A stretch of 64,000 bases of DNA from an uncultured delta proteobacterium (lineage in GTDB: Bacteria > Myxococcota > Kuafuiibacteriia > Kuafuiibacteriales > Kuafuiibacteriaceae), in NCBI GenBank assembly GCA_963803435.1, contig CAWDML010000014.1, forward strand, positions 32,001-96,000, written 5' to 3'. A program made the position numbers and the translations under genes. The notes under the pieces are model-generated. The model worked only from the letters and a program-made list of their open reading frames with translations, was not told where the DNA came from and made no database searches. Shown one piece after another: positions 44,169-53,758 of the stretch (positions are counted from its first letter, which is position 1; every line of letters begins with the position of its first letter).

Positions 44169-45401
44169 TCAGCCCCCCAGCCCCGCGCTCAGCCCGTACG
44201 CCGCCGCGCCCAGCACCACGCCCGCGATCCACTGGATCCACGGGACGTCGTCGGGGCCGCCGAAGATCAGCGTGCCCAGGGACCAGGTGGCGCCGGCGGT
44301 GGCGAGAGAATAGCCGAGCGGCAGCATCAACACGCCGGGCGGGTTCACGTGGTTCGGATCGCCCGCGTCCGCGCGGTAGCCGAAGGTCGTGAAGCCGTCG
44401 TGCGAGCACTCGGAGCCCTGAAAGCAGACCGTGTTCACCTTCCCGTCGTGGCGCACGGCCGCGAACGTCGCGATCACGGCGCCGCTCAACACCAGCAGCA
44501 GCCCGGACCACTCCGTCACCGGACGGAGCACCGTCGGCTCGTGATGCGTGAGGACCAGCTCGGGCGACAGCTCGGCGCGGGCGCCCCGCGCGACCTCCAC
44601 CGCAATCTCGGCGTCGGCGTAGTTCGGGTTCCGCAGCCGGATCGTGTGGCGGCCCGGACGCACGTTCGAGAGCTCGTTGAGACCCGGCGCGGTGGTACCG
44701 ATCGTGCGGTCGTCGAGGGCGAGCTCAAGCGGCTCGGTGGAGTCGACCTCGAGGGCGATCGTTCCCCAGGGCTCCCAGTGGCCCTGCTGCTCGAGCGCCG
44801 GCCGGAGGTCGACCGACACCAGTCGCTCCAACAGATCGGCCGCCGCGCCCGCCTCCGCGAGATCGCGCCGCGGCGTCGACGTGAGCACCGCCTGCTCGGC
44901 GACCGCGGACTCGACGCGCTCCTGCCAGGATCCCTCCCGCTTGGTGTCGTGGAGCAGCGCCAGCGCCTTGTCGGTGTCGAGCAGCAACGTGCTCAGTCGA
45001 TCCGGCTCGCCTTCGATCGCAACGCTGATGATCAAGAGGAGGAACCGCGGATAGAGCGTGCCGTCCTCCTCGAGCCGGTGGAGGTGCTCTCGATAGGTCA
45101 TCCGCCCGCCGTCCGCCCGGCGCAGCGCGGCCTCCGAGTAGTCCTCGCGGGCCTCGTCGGCGAGACAGAACAGGCGCCCGCGACACCTCTCGACCGCCCG
45201 CTCGTCGACGAGCTGGATCGTGAAGTCCGTGTGCCGCTCGAGGACCGCGGTGATCGCCCGGATGATCTCCGAGCTATCGGTCTTCGCGGCCTCCCCCGTG
45301 GGCGTCGCCAGCACGAGGGCCAGCGGCGTTCGATCGTGAGCGTCGATCGCGTGGGGGGCCGACGCCAGGACCAGGGCGACCACGCAGGCTCCAGGCAGCA
45401 T
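44169..45401 (-). CDS. PEGA-domain membrane protein
   Basis: 'LDDRTIGTT...VRPGRHTIRLRNPNY' PEGA motif followed by TM helices. Confidence 0.7.
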   Translation of the reverse strand: MLPGACVVALVLASAPHAIDAHDRTPLALVLATPTGEAAKTDSSEIIRAITAVLERHTDFTIQLVDERAVERCRGRLFCLADEAREDYSEAALRRADGGRMTYREHLHRLEEDGTLYPRFLLLIISVAIEGEPDRLSTLLLDTDKALALLHDTKREGSWQERVESAVAEQAVLTSTPRRDLAEAGAAADLLERLVSVDLRPALEQQGHWEPWGTIALEVDSTEPLELALDDRTIGTTAPGLNELSNVRPGRHTIRLRNPNYADAEIAVEVARGARAELSPELVLTHHEPTVLRPVTEWSGLLLVLSGAVIATFAAVRHDGKVNTVCFQGSECSHDGFTTFGYRADAGDPNHVNPPGVLMLPLGYSLATAGATWSLGTLIFGGPDDVPWIQWIAGVVLGAAAYGLSAGLGG

Positions 45402-45430
45402 CCGCGCTCATGCTACGTCGGGTAGGCCCG

Positions 45431-46336
45431 TCAGCCCAGATCCTCCCGGGTGATGGGGAAGAGCTGGAACCCCACCTGGAACACCTCGCGCTGGTCTGCG
45501 CCCTCGGACGCCTGATCGCTCATCATCTCGAGGAGCTCCCTGCGGAACTTCGCGATGCGGGCCCGCACCTCCTGGAACTGGACGGGCGAGAGCGCGAAGG
45601 TGAGCGCGGTGATGTCGCGGAGCTCCAGCGGGACGCCGTCGAGCGACTTGCTGGCGAGATCCAGCATGGCCCGGTGATAGTTTCGCACCGCCAGCGAGCG
45701 GACGCGCGGGCCGGTGGAGATGTTGGTATCGGCGGGACGCAGGCGGCCCTCGTCGTCCCGCACCACCAACCCCACCTCCAGCAGCAGCGAGAGCGCCTGC
45801 TCGACGTCGGAGGCGCGCACCGGGGGACGGAGCCGGCGTCCGATCCACGCGGGATCTTCCTGGAAGTCGGGAAGGAGCAGCATCTCCCGGATGGGAAGCG
45901 CGTACCAAAGCGAGTAGACGCGATACTGGGCCTCCTCGAGGCGCATCGAGGCGGCCGAGGACGCCTGCCGGCGAAGGCGGAGATAGTAGCGGTTGCGCTC
46001 GGCGTCGGTCTGCGCCTGCCCGAGCAGCACCAGCGTCTCGAACGTCTCCTGCTCCTCCTGATCGAGCCCGAGACCCTTCGCGAACTTCGCGATCGACTTC
46101 GGCGAGAGGTTGCGCTGCCCCTCCGCCACCAGCTTCAGGAAGTTGGGCGAGGAGAAGCCCGCCACCCGCGAGAAGTAGCGGTACGAGAACTGGGGCTTCG
46201 TCGTTTTCAGGTACCCGATCATCGCGCGCAGATACGCGCGATAGTCGTCGAAGGCGTGGGGGCTGGGACGGCGAACCGTATTCTCGGCAATGGCGACCAC
46301 CGCCTCTAGGAAGCGCTCAACCGGCCCTGGAGTCAA
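45431..46336 (-). CDS. TIGR02147/DUF4423 family HTH protein
   Basis: 'DYRAYL', 'FSYRYFS..AGFSSPNFL', 'GQRNLS', 'WY..PIRE', 'VFQVGFQLFPIT'; true start may be slightly downstream. Confidence 0.85.
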   Translation of the reverse strand: MTPGPVERFLEAVVAIAENTVRRPSPHAFDDYRAYLRAMIGYLKTTKPQFSYRYFSRVAGFSSPNFLKLVAEGQRNLSPKSIAKFAKGLGLDQEEQETFETLVLLGQAQTDAERNRYYLRLRRQASSAASMRLEEAQYRVYSLWYALPIREMLLLPDFQEDPAWIGRRLRPPVRASDVEQALSLLLEVGLVVRDDEGRLRPADTNISTGPRVRSLAVRNYHRAMLDLASKSLDGVPLELRDITALTFALSPVQFQEVRARIAKFRRELLEMMSDQASEGADQREVFQVGFQLFPITREDLG

Positions 46337-46378
46337 AGATGCCGGGGCATTCGAACGTATTCAGATCGAATACAGTAT

Positions 46379-47920
46379 TCAGGGCACGCTTCGGATGCGA
46401 CCCGCGGGCGGCGGCGCGATCGGGGACGCGGCGGCGAAGTAGGCCTCGAGCGCGTCGATGTCCAGCATGCCCTGGGTGCGGTCGGTGCCGTCGGCCAGCA
46501 CACCTCGGCTCCCGAGGTAGTTGTTCACCGTGACGCGATAGTGGGCCTTGGGATCGAGCGGGCGACCGCCGATCGAGATGTCGCCGGGATCGATGCGGTC
46601 GCCGTCTTTGCGAGCGGTGTGCCACGTGTAGTTCAGCGTGCTCGACACCTGGAGGAACCGGGGGTGGTCGCCGCTCCACTGCTCTTCGAGCAGCTGCTCG
46701 ATCTGGTCGCCGGTGAGCGTCATGGTCACCAGCGCGTTGCCGAACGGCTGCGCGGTGAACGCCATCCCGTAGGTGACCGCAAGCTTCTCGGTCCCCAGAT
46801 CGGCGCGGATGCCGCCGCTGTTCATGAACGCGAGCTGCGCCGCGCCTCGCTCGGGCGTGCGCGTCGCGAAGAGCTGGGCGTCGGCGATCACCGATCCCAG
46901 CGGCGACTCGCCCGACGGCCCCTCCTGGCGCGAAAGCACCGAGGTCACGCCGCCGATCTCGCGCTCCTCCAGCGGAGCCGCCTCCTCGCCGTAGCGATCG
47001 ACCATCCCCAGGACCTCCGAGTTGGGATCGATCAGATGGTCCACGCTCCGGTTCGTCGCGGTCGCCGCCGTGACGTCGCCGGTCGCGCGATCGAGCTGGA
47101 GATCGATGGTGGTCAGCATGCGGCCGAAGCAGCCGGCGCTGGTCACGACCTTGCCGGACAGCTTGCAGTTGTAGGCCTGATGCGTGTGGCCGCTGACCAC
47201 GACGTCGACCTCCGGCGGCAGGCGGGCCACCACGTCGACGATGGCGCCGGTCATGTCCTTGCAGTCGTTGGGGCCGCCGCTCTGGAAGCCGCCCTCGTGG
47301 ACGACGACCACGATCGCCTGCACGCCCTTGGCCGTGAGCGCGGGCATCAGCGCCTCCACGGTGTCGGCCTCGTCGGGGAACGACAACTCCGGGATCACCG
47401 GCGGGACGAACGTGGGCGTGTCCTTGGTGGTCAGGCCGATGAAGGCCACCGGTACGCCGCCGTACCGCCGGATCGTGTACGGAGGATAGATCGGCTGTCC
47501 GTCCGAGCGGCGCACCACGTTCGCCGCCAGCAGCGTGAAGCGTGCCGGCTTCATCACGCGGAGGAGCTCGGCCAGGCCCTCGTCGAGCTCGTGATTGCCG
47601 ACTGCGTGGACGTCGACGCCGATCCGGTTCATGACCGCGATCGTCGGCTCGTCGTGGAGGAGCGCGGAGATGAGCGGGCTACCGCCAATCATGTCGCCGG
47701 CGGAGACCACCACCGCGTTCGAGGCCTCGCTCCGCAGCTTGTCAACGTGGCTTGCAAACCAAGCCGCTCCGCCGACGTCTTCTCCGGAGGGCGGGCGCAG
47801 GTTCCCATGGAAGTCGTTGAACGCGATGATGCGCAGCGGCACGTTGCCGGAGGGTCGCGCCGCGCAAGAAACGAGGGCGAGTGAGGCGAGGAGCATTGTC
47901 CTCTGCACGGCCGGGAACAT
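46379..47920 (-). CDS. Bifunctional metallophosphatase / 5'-nucleotidase, lipoprotein
   Basis: 'NDFHG', 'SAGD', 'GNHELD', 'GHTH', 'NSGGIR', 'QPFGN'; lipobox 'LVSC'; start at 47920 or 47896. Confidence 0.9.
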   Translation of the reverse strand: MFPAVQRTMLLASLALVSCAARPSGNVPLRIIAFNDFHGNLRPPSGEDVGGAAWFASHVDKLRSEASNAVVVSAGDMIGGSPLISALLHDEPTIAVMNRIGVDVHAVGNHELDEGLAELLRVMKPARFTLLAANVVRRSDGQPIYPPYTIRRYGGVPVAFIGLTTKDTPTFVPPVIPELSFPDEADTVEALMPALTAKGVQAIVVVVHEGGFQSGGPNDCKDMTGAIVDVVARLPPEVDVVVSGHTHQAYNCKLSGKVVTSAGCFGRMLTTIDLQLDRATGDVTAATATNRSVDHLIDPNSEVLGMVDRYGEEAAPLEEREIGGVTSVLSRQEGPSGESPLGSVIADAQLFATRTPERGAAQLAFMNSGGIRADLGTEKLAVTYGMAFTAQPFGNALVTMTLTGDQIEQLLEEQWSGDHPRFLQVSSTLNYTWHTARKDGDRIDPGDISIGGRPLDPKAHYRVTVNNYLGSRGVLADGTDRTQGMLDIDALEAYFAAASPIAPPPAGRIRSVP

Positions 47921-47923
47921 ATC

Positions 47924-48517
47924 ATGAGCCCCTTGTCCGACGCCGTCCTCAACGTCGCGCAGGTCGTCCCCCGGACCGAGGCCGAGGGCCCGGGGCACCG
48001 CTACGCCGTCTGGGTCCAGGGCTGTCCGTTCCGCTGCCCGGGCTGCTGCAACCCGGAGATGCTGTCGTTCGAGCCACGGCGGGCGATGCCGGTCGACGCG
48101 CTCCTCGAGGACGTCGGCCACCACGACGTCGAGGGCGTCACGTTCCTCGGCGGCGAGCCGATCAGCCAGGCGGCCGCCTTCGCCGACCTCGCCGAGGGTG
48201 TCCGCGCCGCCGGTCTCACCGTGATGATCTTCAGCGGTCATACGCTCGCCGAGCTCCGCGCGATGAACGACGCCGAGGTGGAGCGGCTGCTGGCGGCGAC
48301 CGATCTGCTGGTCGACGGCCGCTACCAGGCGAGCCTGCGCACGACCGAACGTCGTTGGATCGGGTCGACCAACCAGGTGATGCACTTCCTCAGCAGCGCC
48401 TACGATCCGGGCGATCCGCGCTTCCTCGGGCCCAACCACCTCGAGATCCGGATGGTGAACGGCCAGCTCACCCTCAACGGCTGGCCGCTCCACGGACGCC
48501 GCACGCGGCTGATCTGA
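47924..48517 (+). CDS. Small NrdG-like radical SAM protein
   Basis: 'EGPG.RYAVWVQGCPFRCPGCCN', 'LGGEP', 'DLLVDGRY', 'WIGSTNQ'. Confidence 0.88.
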   Translation: MSPLSDAVLNVAQVVPRTEAEGPGHRYAVWVQGCPFRCPGCCNPEMLSFEPRRAMPVDALLEDVGHHDVEGVTFLGGEPISQAAAFADLAEGVRAAGLTVMIFSGHTLAELRAMNDAEVERLLAATDLLVDGRYQASLRTTERRWIGSTNQVMHFLSSAYDPGDPRFLGPNHLEIRMVNGQLTLNGWPLHGRRTRLI

Positions 48518-49611
48518 TGGCGCGCCCGTTCTTCGACCAGACGGAGGCCTTTGCGCTCTCGATCGTCGACGCGCTCGCGGGCGGACGCCGACCGCACCCC
48601 CTCCCCTACCTGAAGCAGCTCGAGCCTTCGCCGCAGCTGATCCGGATCGGCGCGGAGCGGCTGGCGATCCATCTCCATCGCCATTTGTTGCGCTCCGGTG
48701 GCGACCGCGAGCGAACCGTCCTCCGCGGCGGACGGCGGGCGACCGGGCGGCTGTGGGACCCGGCGTTGAACGAGGGCTTCGGGCTACGCTTCACCGCCGC
48801 CTCGATCAATCTGTGGCTGGGGCTCGTGCAAGGCATGTTGCACCCGCCCAAGCGACGGCCCGACCTGGGCCAGCGGCTGGGACGGTGTGCCCGGGTCGAG
48901 GGCACCGAGTCCGGGGACTGGCTGTTCTATGCGCGGGCGCTGGCCCACCTGCCGCGTCTGCCGATCGAGACGGGCGACCCTCACAGCGCCGACGATCTCC
49001 TGGGGCGCCGCCTGCGCTCCGGCTCGCCGCTGGCCGTGCTCTGGTCGTTGTCGCCGCACCTCGCCGAGCGCGCGGCCACCTCCAACTTGCTCGAACGCCT
49101 GCTGGGCGCCGGCAGCGTCCGGATCGCCGAGTGTCTCGACGGCGCGCTCCTCCCCGCCTGGACCGAAGCGCTCTCGCGGGCCCTCCATCAGTCTCCCAGC
49201 CTCGACCCGTTCGTCGCGCGGGCGGCGGGCGCAGCGCTGGTGCTCGGGGGCTGGCTCGACGCGCTCGATCGCCGGGAGCGCCTCGACCTGGCCGCCGGGG
49301 TGATGCGCTTCCTGGCGGCGCTGCCAGACCTCCTGGGCTCGCCGTCGATCGATCGCGTGCGTGCGGACCTCGCGAGCCGGTACCTGCCCCGCACGGTCCA
49401 CGAGCGGCAGCGGGCCGAGCACGCCCTGGCTGGGGTGCTCGCGGTGGGTGTGCGACTGGCGGAGCTCGACGATCGTTTCGCCGCCCTCCGCTACGGCGAT
49501 CCGCGGTGGGATGAGGGACAGCTCTATCGGGCGGCCTTCGCCGACCTCCTCGCCCCACAGCTCGATCGGATACGCGCGCTGGAGCGCGGGCTCCGTGGCG
49601 TCATTGGCTAG
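48517..49611 (+). CDS. Hypothetical helical protein resembling FtsH-ternary-system component fvmX6
   Basis: TGATG coupling to the radical SAM gene; 'RERTVLRGGRRATGRLW...LRFT' recalled from that family (not searched). Confidence 0.55.
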   Translation: MARPFFDQTEAFALSIVDALAGGRRPHPLPYLKQLEPSPQLIRIGAERLAIHLHRHLLRSGGDRERTVLRGGRRATGRLWDPALNEGFGLRFTAASINLWLGLVQGMLHPPKRRPDLGQRLGRCARVEGTESGDWLFYARALAHLPRLPIETGDPHSADDLLGRRLRSGSPLAVLWSLSPHLAERAATSNLLERLLGAGSVRIAECLDGALLPAWTEALSRALHQSPSLDPFVARAAGAALVLGGWLDALDRRERLDLAAGVMRFLAALPDLLGSPSIDRVRADLASRYLPRTVHERQRAEHALAGVLAVGVRLAELDDRFAALRYGDPRWDEGQLYRAAFADLLAPQLDRIRALERGLRGVIG

Positions 49612-49640
49612 GCTGGATCAGAAGGCGAAAAGACGTAGAG

Positions 49641-50753
49641 TTGGCCCAGCGAATGCTTCGCATGCCGAACATGCACGTGCGCGTCGAACCCAAGCCCAAG
49701 ATGCGGCGTCTCCTCCTCGTGGGGCGGGGCGTCGATGGTGTCGAGGGCGCTCAGCTGGAACCCTTCGAGACCTACCGCGAAGAGCTTGCGAGCTACGGGA
49801 TCGAGTTCCGCCGCTCCGATCTGCCCACGCTCTTCACGGTCGAACGCGCCGTCCGCGCCTCGAGCGAAGATGCTGCGCTGATCATGGTCGGGTGGAACGA
49901 GCCGAAGGACGAGGTGGTGTCGACCTTCGAACGGCTCTACCGCCGCAGCGACCGGCCGCGCCTGATCTTCCTCGACTACTACGCCCAGACGAGCACGCCG
50001 TTCTTCGACGTCCTGCCCTTCGTCGATCGCTACGCCAAGCGCCAGGTGCTGCGCGACCGCTCGATCTATCAGCGCGACGACCTGAGGGGCGGGTACATCT
50101 TCACCGACTTCTTCTCCCGGGATCAGGAGTTCGATCTGGGCGACTGGCACTTCGGCTCGAAGCTCGCGGAGCCCTACTCCGACCGCCTGGTGCATGCCTG
50201 GAACCTGGGCGTCCTGGCGCGATACCGCACGATGGTGTCGTGGGGACGGCTCCTGCGCTGGAATGCCCGCCCGATCGACGTGCACTGCCGCCTCGAGATC
50301 GGCCGGCACTCACGCTCGCGCTGGGAGTGGTACTCGCAGTACCGCACGCTCTCGCGCCAGGCCGCGGAGAAGCTGGCGCCGAGGTACCGGCTCACGCCTT
50401 CGGGCCACGTGCGGCGGCTGCGCTACTTCCTCGAGCTCGCCCACAGCAAGGTCGTCTTCTCCCCGTTCGGCTGGGGCGAGGTCTGCATCCGCGACTTCGA
50501 GACGGTGGCGGCCGGCGCGCTCCTGGTGAAGCCGTCGATGGATCACGTCGTCACCAGCCCGGACATCTACCGGCCCTTCGAGACGTACGTCCCGTGCAAG
50601 TGGGACTTGTCCGATCTGGTGGAGAAGTGCACGTACTACCTCGAGCACCCGGCCGAGGCCCGGCGCATCGCGGATCGCGCGCGCGAGGTGTTGCGCGAGT
50701 ACTACGAGAAGGGTGGCTTCGTCCGGGACCTGGTGCGGGTCCTGGAGGCGTAG
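49641..50753 (+). CDS. Glycosyltransferase (GT-B, CgeB/Glyco_trans_1_2-like)
   Basis: 'YFLELAHSKVVFSPFGWGEVCIRDFE...GALLVKP'; start uncertain. Confidence 0.75.
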   Translation: MAQRMLRMPNMHVRVEPKPKMRRLLLVGRGVDGVEGAQLEPFETYREELASYGIEFRRSDLPTLFTVERAVRASSEDAALIMVGWNEPKDEVVSTFERLYRRSDRPRLIFLDYYAQTSTPFFDVLPFVDRYAKRQVLRDRSIYQRDDLRGGYIFTDFFSRDQEFDLGDWHFGSKLAEPYSDRLVHAWNLGVLARYRTMVSWGRLLRWNARPIDVHCRLEIGRHSRSRWEWYSQYRTLSRQAAEKLAPRYRLTPSGHVRRLRYFLELAHSKVVFSPFGWGEVCIRDFETVAAGALLVKPSMDHVVTSPDIYRPFETYVPCKWDLSDLVEKCTYYLEHPAEARRIADRAREVLREYYEKGGFVRDLVRVLEA

Positions 50754-50931
50754 CCGGTTCAGCGCACGGACAGGCGGCGCACCGAGAGACGCGCGAGGTC
50801 CTTCAGGTAGCAGAGCAACGCCCGGGCGAGACCGAAACAGGCGCGGCCGAAGGTCGGAGAGTCGTTCATGGCTCGTCTCGAGAATCGGCCCTTCCCTGGC
50901 GAGCTTGAGGGCGAGCTCGAGGGTCTCTAGT

Positions 50932-53028
50932 TCAGGGCACTTGCGTCTGGGGTGGCACGGTGTGCGACGGCACGCGTTGCGCGCGCGGCTTCATCCAGCG
51001 CGGCGCCCACCAGTTGTAGCGCCCGAGCAGCTGCATCGTCGCCGGCACCAGCAGCGCCCGGACGATGGTGGCGTCCACGGCGATGGCGATGGCCATGCCC
51101 ACGCCGAGCTCCTTGATCAGCAGCATGTCGGCGCTCATGAAGCCGACCATCACGGCGATCACCAGCAGCGCCGCGCGCGTGATGATGCGGCCCGTCTGCT
51201 CGAGGCCGATGGCGACGCTGACCCGCCCGTCGCCGGTGAGGTCCCAAGCCTCGCGAATCCGGCTGAGGAGAAAGAGCTCGTAGTCCATCGCCAGACCGAA
51301 CACGACCGCGAACATCACCACCGGGATGGTGAGCTCGATGCTCCCGTTCGAGCGGTAGTGGAGGAGCTTCTGGAGGCGGCCGTCCTGGAAGATGAAGACC
51401 AGCGCGCCGAAGCTGGCGGTCAACGAGAGCACGTTCATCACGATCGCCTTCAGCGGCACGACCACGGATCGGAACGCCAGGAACAGCACCACGAAGGTGG
51501 CGAGGCAGATCAGCCCGAGCGCCAGCGGGAGGCGCGAGTCGAGCGAGGCGCGCAGATCGACCAGGTGCGCCGCGTCGCCGCCCACGAGCGTGCTGACGCC
51601 CGGCGTCGCGAGCGCGCGGATCCGGTGGATCAAATCGACGGCCGCGTCCGACTCGGGCGGAGCGTCGCTGATGAGGCTGAGCGCGGTGAGGTAGGGAGGC
51701 CCGCCTTGCCCGTCGATCCGCCTGACGTGCTGGAGGTGCGGGAGCTTCGACACTTCAGCGACGTGGAGGTCGAGCGCCGCGCGGCTCGCGGCCGTCAACG
51801 CCACGTCGATCGGCGTGACCACGTTCCGGGGGAAGCGGTCCGACGCCAAGAGGTCGGCCACCTGCCGCGCCTGGGAGTCCTGGGGCAAGACGCGGGCGCC
51901 GGCCACCGACTCCTTGAGCCGGAGGAACGGGGCGCCGAGGAGCAGCAACACGAGCGTGGTACCGACGGCCACCAGGGCAGGCGCGCGCATGACGGCGTGA
52001 GCGATCCGACTCCACATCACGCTGCGATCCGTGCTGCGCGCGGAGCGGAAGCTGAGCCAGTCGAGCCGCGGGCCCAGGGCGGCCAGCGCCGCCGGGAGGA
52101 ACAGCAGTGTCGCCAGGACCGCCATCGTCACCACGATCGCGCCGGAGATGGCGACGCTCTTGAGGAGCGGGATCGGAAAGACCAAGACGCCCAACATGCT
52201 CACCGCCACCGCCACGCCCGAGTTGGTGATCGTGCGGCCCGCGGTGACGATCGTGTTGCGGAGCGCGGTCGGGACGTCCAGACCGGCGTGCAGCTCGTCG
52301 CGGAAACGGCTGGTCATGAACAGGGAGTAGTCGACGGCCACCCCGAAGCCCACGAAAGTGGCGATGTTGAGCGCGAAGATCGAGACGCTGGTGAAGCTGG
52401 CCAGCGCGCGGAGGCAGGCCAGCGCCCAGGTGATCGCGAAGCCGCCGATCAAGAGCGGCAGCGCGGCGATCACGAAGCCGCGGAAGAAGACGATCAGGAG
52501 GAGTGCCACCAGCGGGAGCGCGATGAGCTCACCGCGCTCGAGATCGTGCGCCGCCGCCGCCTGCGCCTGACGCGTCGCCGGGACCAGGCCGCCGACCTGC
52601 GCGCTCAGCCCCGGGGCCTGGAGCAGCGGTTCGACCGCCTCGTACGGGCCCTTCAGCTGGATGGAGACGATCGCGATGTGTCCGTCCTTGGAGGTCAACG
52701 ACGGCGCCACGCGCCCGATCTCGGGGCGCGCGCGGAGCTTTGCGATCGTGGCCTGGAGCGGCCGTGCAAACTCGGGATCGCTGACCTTGGCGGTCTCGTG
52801 GGAGTAGGCGACGACCACGTCCGGTTGACCGAGCCCGAACCTCGCCTGGAGCATCCGCTCCGCGCGCGCGGACTCGCTGTTGGGATCTTCGAAGCCCCCC
52901 GCCTCGAGCACCTTGGTGGCGCCGGCGCCGTAGATCGCGGCGCCCACCAGCAGCACCACGAACACGATGAGAAGGGGCAGTCGGCGCCGGTGCGTGAATC
53001 CTGCGAGGTGTTCCAGCAGCACTCTCAT
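50932..53028 (-). CDS. MMPL/RND-family lipid transporter
   Basis: 'GVAVDYSLF..SRFRDE', 'AGRTI', 'FGLAMDYELFLLSRIRE', 'DATIVRALLVPA...NWWAP'. Confidence 0.92.
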   Translation of the reverse strand: MRVLLEHLAGFTHRRRLPLLIVFVVLLVGAAIYGAGATKVLEAGGFEDPNSESARAERMLQARFGLGQPDVVVAYSHETAKVSDPEFARPLQATIAKLRARPEIGRVAPSLTSKDGHIAIVSIQLKGPYEAVEPLLQAPGLSAQVGGLVPATRQAQAAAAHDLERGELIALPLVALLLIVFFRGFVIAALPLLIGGFAITWALACLRALASFTSVSIFALNIATFVGFGVAVDYSLFMTSRFRDELHAGLDVPTALRNTIVTAGRTITNSGVAVAVSMLGVLVFPIPLLKSVAISGAIVVTMAVLATLLFLPAALAALGPRLDWLSFRSARSTDRSVMWSRIAHAVMRAPALVAVGTTLVLLLLGAPFLRLKESVAGARVLPQDSQARQVADLLASDRFPRNVVTPIDVALTAASRAALDLHVAEVSKLPHLQHVRRIDGQGGPPYLTALSLISDAPPESDAAVDLIHRIRALATPGVSTLVGGDAAHLVDLRASLDSRLPLALGLICLATFVVLFLAFRSVVVPLKAIVMNVLSLTASFGALVFIFQDGRLQKLLHYRSNGSIELTIPVVMFAVVFGLAMDYELFLLSRIREAWDLTGDGRVSVAIGLEQTGRIITRAALLVIAVMVGFMSADMLLIKELGVGMAIAIAVDATIVRALLVPATMQLLGRYNWWAPRWMKPRAQRVPSHTVPPQTQVP

Positions 53029-53101
53029 GTGCACCACCGGGTGCAACGGCGGGGCCGAAGTCAGTTGACAGCCGATCCGCCTCGGTCGACAGAGCCGACA
53101 C

Positions 53102-53758
53102 ATGATCTCCGCCGTCATCTTCGACATGGACGGCCTCCTGGTTGACTCGGAGCCCCTGTGGCGCCGTGCCGAGATCGAGGCGTTCGCCGAGGTCGGCGTG
53201 GCGTTGAACGACACCATGTGTCTCGAGACGACCGGGCTCCGGATCGATCAGGTGGTGGATCACTGGCAGCAGCGCTTTGGATTCACCTTCGAGAGCCCGG
53301 CTGCGGTCCGGCGCGACGTCCTCGCTCGCGTCGGCCGGCTCATCACCCGTGAGGCGGAGCCCCGGCCCGGCGCCGTCGAGGCGGTGGAGCGCGCCGCTCG
53401 TACGCTGCCGGTGGCGCTGGCGTCCTCCTCTCCGCACGCGATCATCGACGCGGTCCTGGATCGCTTCGGGGTTCGCGCGGTCTTTCGGGTGATCCACTCA
53501 GCGGACGACGAGCAGTATGGGAAGCCGCACCCGGCGGTCTTCCTGACGACAGCCGCGCGCCTGGAAAGGTCTGCGCTCGAGTGTCTCGTGCTGGAGGACT
53601 CGCTCAACGGGGTGCTCGCCGCCAAGGCCGCCCGGATGCGGTGCCTGGCGGTCCCCGAGGCGGAGCAGCAGCGAGATCCGCGCTTCGCGATCGCGGATCG
53701 GATCTTGCCCAGCCTGACGGCCCTCGACGACGAAGTCTGGCGGGAGATGATCGCATGA
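53102..53758 (+). CDS. hxpB: HAD sugar-phosphatase (HxpB/YniC-like)
   Basis: 'FDMDGLLVDSEPLW', 'LASSS', 'GKPHP', 'EDSLNG'. Confidence 0.85.
   Translation: MISAVIFDMDGLLVDSEPLWRRAEIEAFAEVGVALNDTMCLETTGLRIDQVVDHWQQRFGFTFESPAAVRRDVLARVGRLITREAEPRPGAVEAVERAARTLPVALASSSPHAIIDAVLDRFGVRAVFRVIHSADDEQYGKPHPAVFLTTAARLERSALECLVLEDSLNGVLAAKAARMRCLAVPEAEQQRDPRFAIADRILPSLTALDDEVWREMIA

Noticed and set aside
47924-48517. Assignment as nrdG (anaerobic RNR activase)
   Set aside because: No nrdD nearby and it is coupled to an unrelated protein, so the gene symbol was withheld.
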